Positions 10,329-20,200 of a DNA stretch of 33,243 nucleotides are shown here, piece after piece. The position numbers and the translations under genes were made by a program. Source of the stretch: Pelomyxa schiedti (taxonomy: Eukaryota > Protista > Evosea); assembly GCA_020536535.1 (NCBI GenBank), contig JAHLWZ010000984.1:1-33243 (forward strand). Direction: 5' to 3'. The notes under the pieces were generated by a model, which worked only from the letters and a program-made list of their open reading frames with translations, made no database searches and was not told where the DNA came from. Every line of letters begins with the position of its first letter. Within the stretch, counting starts at the first letter, position 1.

Positions 10329-13300
10329 ATGGCAACGAGGGCTCCTAGGTCCACTGCCACAGCAACGGTGACGATGGTTGTTGAACAAAAGTTGCCAGGC
10401 GGGGCAAGGTACACGGGTCGCCTCGTCAACAACAAGCGCGACGGCAGGGGCACCTGGACGGGCACGACCGGCGAGGCCTACGACGGCCACTGGTGCGACG
10501 ACAGCCTGCACGGCCGCGGCCGGTACACCTGGCCCAGCGGCGACGCCAACGACGGCGAGTGGCACGCCGGCAAGCGCGACGGCTGGGGCGCCCACCGCCA
10601 CGCCGACGGCGGCCGCTTCGAGGGCCTCTGGAGGGACGGCAGCTGGAAGAGGGGCGCCTGGCACAGCAAGAACGGCGTCGACGTGTACGACGGCGAGTGG
10701 GCGTGGAACGAAACAGACGAGGTGTCTGACATGCAGGGGTGGGGCGTGCAGAGGAGGAAGAGGCAGGCGGACAGCGGCGGCGATGTGGCAACGACGACGA
10801 CGACGACGGTGTATGAGGGCGAGTGGGACGGCCACGAGTGGCACGGGAGGGGCACGTGGGTGTCGCCTGATGGCTCGGGTGACATCTACCACGGCATGTT
10901 TGAGCACGGCAAGAGGAGCGGGATTGGGAGGATGATGTTTGGCGGGGAGGGAGGGAGCTACGTCGGGGAGTGGGAGGACGACGTGTTCCACGGCCGGGGC
11001 GTGAGGCTGTGGGCAAACGGCGACAGGCACGAGGGCCAGTGGGTGTGTGGCAGGGAGGACGGCGAAGGGAGAAAGACGTGGGCGCGGGATGGGAAATCGT
11101 TCGATGGTGTTTGGGAAGTGGGTGCGATCAGGTCGGGCACAATGAGGTGGCCAAATGGTGACCAGTTCTCAGGAAGCTTCAGGGGGGATGGTGTTGTTGG
11201 GGAAGGAACAGCCACGTTCAGGAGTGGCAGTGGTGGGCCCACATCGGAAGTTAAAGGAACTCTGACTGAAAACGGTGTTTTCTGGGGATGTGAAAACGGC
11301 ATCAGCCATTGCATGGGAGGTGGAAACATGCTGTTGGAGGTGTGTGACTGTCTTGCCACGAATTTCTTCACTCTTTTCAACAGATCAAAGAGAGAAAGCA
11401 CAAAAAAAAGATTCAATCGTTGAAGCAAGAACTCCAACAAGCGAAACAGAAGCTGGACAAACAAACTGAATGTGAGTGTGTCCTCTCATTATCATTCTGT
11501 TTCTTTTATTCAGAGAATCAAAAAACCTTCACGGGCAGGCTTTGAGCACGTGTTGAAGCACATTCAACATGGTGTTTGGATGAAATCAATTGGACATGGT
11601 GAGACACAAGATGATGTTCAAGCCAGTGAGGTCTGTGTGATGAACAAGGTGTCAGTCACACTGGAAGGTCACAACACCACATTCCCTGAATCAATTTGTT
11701 CATTGTGCCCATTTGACAAGGTACAACCAAAGAAAGTGACGATTAAGGAAAAAAACAACACACACAGGTTGTGAAGATGGAAGTTGAGAAGCTGTTTGGA
11801 GTGGATGAAAACCAACAAGTTGTCGCTTTCTCCATGATCGATAATCCTGCCAAAGAAGTCATACTATCGCGATCATTGTCTGCCATGCCATTATCTCAAC
11901 TGGCACCCCATTTTCCTTTGGGGGATGTTCCAGGTCTTCTCTTTCTTCTTCAAAAACAAACACCCTCCACCCACAACACACAGAAGTGAAGGTGAGGATG
12001 ATGCCAGTCATGGCCATCAAAGAAGAAGAACTGAAATTTGTGTCGCCTTTGGGAACTGGAAGCTACGGGTCAGTGGGCAAGTTCATCCACACTCCCACAG
12101 GCAGAGAAGTTGCCGTGAAAACGCTTTATGACATCATTGCGTCAGACAGGAACATTGAGAGGTTCAGGCTTGAGGCAGAGGTATTTACATTCATCCATTC
12201 CTCACATTGCCAGTGTTTTCAGATGCAACATAATCAAACACACACAGATTGTGAGTGGGTTGAGGCACCCCAACATCCTGAAGTGTGTTGGAACATCAAT
12301 CACCACTGGAACTGGAAAACTTCAGATTGTGTCAGAGCTCATGTGTTGCAGTCTCAGGCAACTTCTGAAACTCTGTGCTGCAAAAACAACACAACTGAGC
12401 ATCAAAGAAGTTTCAGCCATTTCCTTGAATGTTGCCAAAGGAATGGACAGCCTCCACAGGTTCGTGTGAAAAATTCCTTCTCACTGGCATAACAACGACT
12501 ACCTCCACAGGCAAAACTTTATGCACCGTGACTTGAGCAGCAACAATGTTCTTTTTGACTCAAATGGAATCCCAAAAATTTGTGACTTTGGTACGACGGC
12601 TCCATCTGTATTCTTCACTTCCCACACAAAACAAACAGGTGTTTCCCGAGCAATAGATCTACCACAACAAGGAACAACTACAGGAACCATTGTGCCTGGA
12701 ACACCTGCTTACATGGCCCCACAAATGTTCACGACGCATTATTCATTTGAAGGTTGCAACAATTTTTATTAATTCGATAGAATAATAATCAAAATAAGAT
12801 TATTATTTTCAATAAATATTTACATTGTACTGCTGAACAGGAGACATTTGGGGGTTTGGAATTCTTGTTACGGAGATGCTGAACGGTGAAATTGTTGACT
12901 CCCCGTTTGAAACGCTCCCGGTCCAGTTCCAATCAAACTTCATGATTGAACAGAAGCGATTACTCACACCTCCGGATGTTGAAGGTTTTATTCCCTCTGC
13001 GGGTCTATCCATTCCGCTCATCCATTCAAACAGAGGTGGACAAACTGTGCCAGGAAATGGGGAGCCAGAAATCCAGTGACTCAGCGATTGCGAGTTGCCT
13101 CGGCCGTAGGAATGCTTCCATTGATGCCGTGATCCGCACAGCTCATTCTCCAGCAACAGCACCAGCAGCCGCGGACCTCATCGTTCTTGTTGTTCAGTCA
13201 TGCCTATCCATCCTTGGTGTGTTTGAGCTCCTTCTCACCCCTAACTACATATATGACTGGACCAACCAAATCACACACACAGAGAGTAACCGGCTGCCTT

Positions 13301-13446
13301 TCACAGTGATTTCTAAATTGCTGTTGTGTGTGTGCACCACCATCGTGGCGCACCACACAGGGAGGACTGCTGATCGAGTTACAGATGATCAAGTCAACGA
13401 GTCCATCAAACGGTGGCTCAATGCACTCCACACCTCGTCACACTGA
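10329..13446 (+). CDS. MORN-repeat + coiled-coil + ubiquitin-like + TKL-type protein kinase, paralog K2 (11 exons)
   Basis: Introns 11340-11383, about 11476-11515 (shifted, uncertain), 11721-11767, 11934-11983, 12181-12247, 12460-12510, 12591-12638, 12753-12840, 12985-13033 and 13217-13282. Same motifs as K1 (GTGSYG, VAVK, HRDLSSNNVL, DFG, YMAPQ). Confidence 0.85.
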
Positions 13447-13489
13447 GTTTACGGCTTGTCATCAAACCAAACCCGAAGATTTGATGGTT

Positions 13490-13505
13490 CCACTGCGCGG
13501 AAATC
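13490..13505 (-). promoter_or_regulatory. Same candidate element, inverted, upstream of A2
   Basis: CCACTGCGCGGAAATC is the reverse complement of GATTTCCGCGCAGTGG. Confidence 0.45.
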
Positions 13506-13692
13506 ATGGTGACACCTTCACACCTCAATGTTTTTTTCCTCATTTCCTTTGGGGCGAACCTCTTCAACAAACAACATGAACAAAGGCCCAGAGTCAGCGC
13601 AAGGGCCCTTGAAGGTCGAGCATTGTAGGTCCTTCCCCTCTTTTTCCTTTCTTCTGTCGGACACGAGAATCAAAGTCAACCGAAAAGAAGGC

Positions 13693-16040
13693 ATGGACAA
13701 GCGAAGTTATCCGTCATCGTCGTCACCGTCACATGTTCTCGAAGTGTCGCGTCTTGTGTTGGACATGGTGGTGAGGCCTGGTTGGCTCGACAACGACCGC
13801 AAACGCGAGCACAAGGTATGCAGGAACACGGACCTGTTCCGTGTCGGCGAGGCGATGTTCCCCCTGGTCGGGGTCGTGTGCTCCAGGGCAATCGCACTTG
13901 GTGTCGCTCGCCGCGAGAATCGATACTATGCGATCACGAGTGCTGCCAGTGTCCCTGCCCCTCGCTGCGTCGCTTGGCTCATCAACAACAGGGACTGGTG
14001 CTTCCACAAGAACACGTTTGGTCGTCGAGTTTTACTGCAACCCACACCATCAGCAGCAGTCACTGCAGCTGCAACTGAAACAGAGGGCACAATCAGCAGC
14101 CACCACAGAGGTGTAGCGACACGAGATTGTTGTGGAGTGGGAGTGGTGGTGGAGGAGCAACAACGTCGTGATTGGGGGGAGTCATTGTCTGCTGTGAAGG
14201 AGGTTGTGGCTGCACTCATGGGTTTGTGCATCGGTGGCCACCTGCTGATGGCCAAGGCAATGCTGGGATTCGGCCTAAGTGATGGAGCAGTGACTAATGG
14301 CGGGCAATGTTTGTGGGATGGGTGGGGCGTTTTTGGCTGGGGGTTGTTGAACAAGGAAGTGAGAAACGGGTTGAGGGAAAGGGTGATTGAGTATGTGAGG
14401 GAAGATTGTGGGAAATTCATGTTCCTGGAGCGCCTGTGTGGAACTGGTGGCAACTTGGATGTTGTCAAGTGGTTCGTGGATGAGGTTATGGGAGGTGTGG
14501 AGCATGGAAACGAAACAACTCTGCGTTTGGTTCTGCATGAGCCCCTGAAGACGTGCTTGGGGCGTGGGAACATGGAAGTTTTCAAGTGGCTGTTTGACAA
14601 ACTTGAGATGGGGGCCAAACCACTGGCTCAACCTGAGCACAAGGATCTATTCTTTGCCTGCGCCTTTGGAGAGTGTCCTGGAAATTTCAAGTGGTGCCTT
14701 GAGAATTTACAGGTGGGAAACAGCAAGGAAACTCTTGTTCGAATACTGCTGAAAAACAGACACGCAACTGTGAAGGATTTTCAATGGCTTGAAGGTGATA
14801 TCTGTGAACATGGACTTAGTGGTTGGTACCTTGTTTTCGAAGCGATTCGAAAAGTCGATGTCGCCAAGTGGTTGCTTACTTTGTTACCCTCCAACAGGCT
14901 GGACGAGCATGAATTCAATTGCCTCTGCAAAAATACTGGAGACACAGAATTTGTTGAGTGGTTGATAAATGCAAAGAATTGTACTCCCACAACAGAGTCC
15001 TTTGTATCAGCATGTTCAACATCAGCAAAGCATGGTTCATCACTTGCAAAGTGGCTTTCAACGAGGGTGACACTCTCAGAGTCTGACATCATACACTCCC
15101 TGGTTCAGGCACTCCGTTGGAACAACATCGAGGTGGCAGAATGGCTGGAGGGTACCTTCCACGTGATGCAGTCAATCAACAGCAACCCAGAGATTGCAGG
15201 AAACGCATTGGAAGAGCTATGCGAGGGGTGCCCGCAAGTTATCACAGACAGGTTGGATGGTTTGAAGTGGTTCATCAAGCACCTCTCCTCACCCTCTTCA
15301 CTGAAAATGAGCTCCATTCACAACGCTGTTTCCAGGGCATTGACGGATCCCCTTCCTGATACTGCTGCGTTTGTGTTGGAAAGCTTCCCGCAGTTTGATC
15401 CTCACGTTGACCAAGCACTGCTTAATAAGGTCACATTGGCCTTCATGAAGTTCAACCAGAGTGCACTCACCAAGTTGGTTTATGCTGATGGCTCTTCATT
15501 GTTGACACCTGAGTCTGCTGCGCAGTGCCTCACATCCAGTGATTTCTATCCATTCTCCAGCAAGACTGTCAAGTGGGTGATTCGCAGGTTCAACCTGCAG
15601 TACGACCACATCAGAGCCAACAACAACCTTCTGCTTTTCAAGTTGTTGTCTTGGAAGAAGAATGGGTGTGCTCAGTGGCTTCTTGACTCCTTTGACATCC
15701 CTCTGAATGATGTATGTTCTAGTCCACTTTAAACACAAAGTCCCAAAAACAACAAAAGGTTACTGAAATGGCCAGAACCTGCACTGAATTTAATTGCCTT
15801 GACCTTGTTGGATGGAAGTTGCTCGAGAGGCATTTTTACCCCAAAATTGATGCTGCAATGATTCGGAGTCACTTCATTCCAATGCTTTCCAAGTCACCAC
15901 ATGTGGCAATACACACCATCCACTCCTTTGGAATCACCCTCAATGAGTTCCATGCCTTTGTGAAAACGCAAAGTATTTACAGAGTTTCTGAAGCCACAAA
16001 GATTTGGTTGGGAATGATTGATCCCCACTCTCTTCTGTAA
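13693..16040 (+). CDS. Ankyrin-like/helical-repeat protein, paralog A2 (2 exons)
   Basis: Collinear with A1, with an intron at the same position (15712-15758). The start could instead be the upstream in-frame ATG at 13576. Confidence 0.85.
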
Positions 16041-16248
16041 TTTAAGACAACTCTTTCCCTGTGTTTTTTTCCAACACAACATAAGTAACATTCACACTGG
16101 TGGTGTTTTGTGATTGGACTCAGGAACCGGATTTTGGGACTCAATGCACTGTCTCCTGCAATCCTCATCTTCACTGAGAATGACTCACTACAAACCTGGC
16201 GTGACTAGATCGTTCTGCGTCGTGGATGTTTTGGGTGATCAAATAAAA

Positions 16249-17175
16249 ATGATGGACCAGGTGCGGGAGATGGTGACGTCGGTTCGGCGTATGAAGAAGC
16301 GCCAGGTACCCCACACACTTATGGGTGTATTTGTTCGCAGCAAAATCCTTTTGTTGTGGGGGAAAATATCTGTCTCTATGTCTTTTTTTTTTTCAACGTT
16401 GGGTACTCATTGATGTGATGTGATGTGATGTGTGTGTGTGCAGTTCATGCAGACGTGTATCAATTTTGGACAAATTGTTGCTTCTGCACTCATAATTTGG
16501 AAAACATTGATGATCCTCTCTGGGAGTGAGAGCCCCATTGTAGTTGTTCTCAGGTAAAAACCTACTACTTGATATATTTCAATAAGTAATTACAGTTGTT
16601 AATACTGAATGCCCGCGACTTTTGTACTTTCACTCACGACTTACCTCTGGTTGCAGCGGAAGCATGGAACCTTCTTTCAAGAGGGGAGACCTTCTCTTCC
16701 TGGTCAACTATGAGGGTCCTTACAATGAAGGAGACATCGTGGTTTATAACGTTGATGGACGTGACATTCCCATTGTCCACAGAATTCTTAGAACGCATTT
16801 GAAGTAAGTATTCCCGTATAATCCGGCATCGTTTGTTCCACTTCTCCCCCTTCCAGCCACCAAATTTCCAAACCCCTAACCGCATCGGCAGTGAAGATGG
16901 CAGTCTGAAAATGCTCACAAAGGGCGATAACAATCCTGTTGATGACCGAGGCTTATACCAACAAGGCAAACTGTGGCTTTATCCAAATCAAGTTATCGGC
17001 CGCGCGAAAGGGTGTGCACTTGCACCTCAATTTTTACCAACTCACTCAAATTCTAACAACGCCAAGGTACCTCCCCTACGTCGGGATGATCACCATCGTT
17101 ATGACCGACTATCCCATGCTCAAATGGGGGATGATTGCCATCCTTGCAATTTTCGTTCTTATCAATAGAGAATAA
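16249..17175 (+). CDS. SEC11: Signal peptidase complex catalytic subunit (S26B), 5 exons
   Basis: Introns 16306-16443, 16554-16656, 16804-16891 and 17012-17066. Motifs [43 protein letters not shown] and LPYVGM are present, and the Ser/His/Asp catalytic residues are intact. Confidence 0.98.
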
Positions 17176-17227
17176 CCCCATAGCTTTACTCTCATGGTAA
17201 GGATTTTTTTATTTATTTTTTGGTGGA

Positions 17228-20200
17228 TCAACTGGCAAAGTGGACCAGGTACCTTATTCTGGCCTGTTCTACACGGTACACTATGTGTTGGTGCTCTACA
17301 CATGAGACATTCTTGTATGGTGAATCGATGATGTGGCCAACTGGTACTACTACATTGTCCCTGTGTTGTTGTGGTGATTGGATTGTTAGTGTAAAGCATG
17401 GTGGATAGGACTACACTCACTCTATTGTCATCTGGTCGGCTGGATTTGGTTCTTGGTAACCAAGGGCCCAGGTGGAATCAAACCCGGGAAGTGCCTTTTC
17501 CATGTACTGGTCACGAGGGAGCTGGGCCGGCTTGCCAAGTGCCACCTCAACCAAGAGCATGCAGAACTTAAAGGCATTAGGGGGAATTGTGTGTCGTGAT
17601 ATTGAATGGAATACATCGGAATGCTGTGACCGGCAATAGCGGGAAGCAAGCTGAGCAATGTCGGCAAAGTAGACTATTTGTTTTTTGGACCAGTGTGAGG
17701 AAGAAAAGTACTTACGGCCTTTGCCAAAGCGGTAGCCAGAGGCAGGGGCTTCCGGAGGGGCAATTCGGAGACCTTGGGATATGATTCCAACGAACTAATG
17801 AATGGTCAATGGAAAAAATCACAATGCAGAAACAGAACATTGGTTAAGCAGGACCCGTGCCATAGGAGCTTTCTGTTGCCAAGTACTTTGCTTGGTTCAA
17901 ATCTATCAGATTCTCCTGCCCTGCCATGATGTTAGTTCTTTGCGGAAGAGGTAGAATTTACCTGTCAACACGGTAAATGTTCTTTATTGTTGGGGTGGAT
18001 CTTGGGTGTGTATTTGTGACATATCTAGGAGTAATCAGTTTCCAAACAAGCATAAAACATAATATCTTACTTTTGAATCATTTGCCAATCCTCTGAGCCG
18101 GGTTCGACTGGTTCGATTGCTGCATTCAGCTTGGCATAACATGCATCCACGGAGTTTCTGTCATCTGAGTCTGTCTCTTGAATTATCTTGGTAGCAATCT
18201 CAATATCCGCCAGAGCTCCGACAAGGCGAATTTTATCCTTCAGCATTTCTTGGTTGTTGATAACTGTATTGAAGTTGAATTGGCGAAAAAAGTTCTCAGG
18301 GAAAGTACCAGGTGGCCTAACACGCCCGGTGATGTGTGGGATCTTCCTTCGAAATTGTTACTAAAAACTGGAATTAAAGTTGAGTTACACATAGAAAAGT
18401 GAAGAGTATTGTTCCAAAAGATCGAAGTTTGGGTGTGGCTTTTCCAACTCTTCCTCGATTTTCTTCAAAAAAGAATAGCCTGACTGTATGGAAGCCTTGG
18501 TAAGTTTACCTACCAAGGATCCCGTAAGTGTATTAAGCGCACTGAGGAGAATACTAACCAAGAGGACTTTTTTTCACATCGAACTCCAAATCAGTCATTA
18601 TTCTCTACGAATACAATTACAACTACTATGCCAAAATTTACATCAGGTACCTCCATCATTTTCAAATCAAAAATCATTTTAATGAGCGACTGTACACGTG
18701 GCTCCAGGGTCGAAGTAGTGGCAGCCTTCTTTGCAGCTGCAGTACCCTGTGAAAAAGAATGAGACTTGCTGGCTAAACCAAGGTTCTAAAAATTTAGACC
18801 AATTGTTCAGGGTCGGGTTTAGGAGTGCAATCTATTTCAATCAACGTGTACAACCCACTGCGGGGACTAAAGTTCTCTCTGTTGGACCAATGGTTGGCAG
18901 TCTTCGCTGTAAATCTAGTTCACTATTTAGAGGTGGATTTTAGTGTGGGAGTGGGGTAACTTGGCTTCAAACTGTTTTTTTGCCCTATCTAGGGAGCAGG
19001 GTGGGAACAGCTTGTTTTGACCACGTTCTCCAACTGCAGAGTAATGAAAAAATGGTTTAAGTGTACTCAGTTCATACCTCTTCCCCATCTATTCCACACA
19101 TAAAAGTTACTGGAATCTTTATCTTCCTGAAGAAGTTGGATTGCATAGAATTTGTTGTTGTTATTCCTAATGTTCGTTTGATTCAACATGCAGTCCCAAA
19201 TTGTATCTGATTCCTCATAGACATGATACTTTTCAGAATGAGGAACATATGTATCAACAGCAGCAAGTCCCTTGACAATTACGTGTTTTTTCTGTCACAC
19301 GTTGGCCAAATGTTAAGAACTATGAAGGTAAACCTGTCGAGGAGCTGAAGGTGATTGGGGTCGTTCCAGTTCCTGTGGGGGCTCTGGGGTTGTTGATGAA
19401 GTTGTCGAAGTGGTAGATGTTGTAGTTGAGGTTGTTGGGGCTTCCGTGACAGCCTCCTCTGTACCTGGGGGAGGAACAAGTTTTGGTGGCTCAGTATCCA
19501 CTTCCAAAGGTGGTCCTGTGCGATGTGTGAGCAATACTGCGATTCGTATTGTCAACATACCAACAAGAGACAACGATCCGATCTGAGCAATAAGTGACAC
19601 AATGGATTGTGAGTCAGCGACTTGGATGCCAAATTTTAGGGTCCCACTTTGTGATTGAATCGGTGGTCAGAACCTGCAAGAAAGTGTCATTTCCACGGAA
19701 ATGAATTTGTAATAATGCACGCCTTAAGTATGCTCCGGCATTGTTGGATTGTCTCTGCAAGAAGGGGCAAGTTGGTGCCTTCTTTAAGAGGCAATTCAAA
19801 TCTATGTGATGCGGCCTCAATTTGTGCTGACAGACACTCCAGGTGACTCAGCCTCTCTGCTGCCCGGAAATCTTTGTTTTGTCAAGTTACTCTAGGGAAA
19901 GGATAATTGTCAACAAAGTTCAAACCACAGGCTGCCTTCAACTTGGAGCTGGCCTCAAGCAAAGCGGTTCTTTTCTTCTCAACCTCTTCAGAAATTCGGG
20001 CAAACTGAACAGTGACATCATTCTCAAACTTGGTGATTATCTTTGGGAAGAAGGTTGATGCCAGGGAAGGAGAGAATTGGACTGTTACCTCAGCATAATT
20101 GCTGGTTTCAGTGAGAACTTCATCCTGAAGCAAAGAAAGAGAATTGAAGCGGTCTTTGAGTTCCTGGATGCAAGCAGACAGTGTTTTGTGGCACTCGTCA

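Noticed and set aside
4171-10689. Diversity-generating retroelement TR/VR pair
   Set aside because: Only 3 mismatches, not consistently at template adenines, and no reverse transcriptase in the window. An ordinary duplication explains it.
16412-16441. (GATGT)n(GT)n repeat in SEC11 intron 1
   Set aside because: A short, ordinary microsatellite.
19614-19670. Stop-codon readthrough, ribosomal frameshift or non-standard code at the TRIM/PARP junction
   Set aside because: A canonical GT-AG intron ending at 19647 restores the frame, and TAA, TAG and TGA all end genes normally elsewhere.
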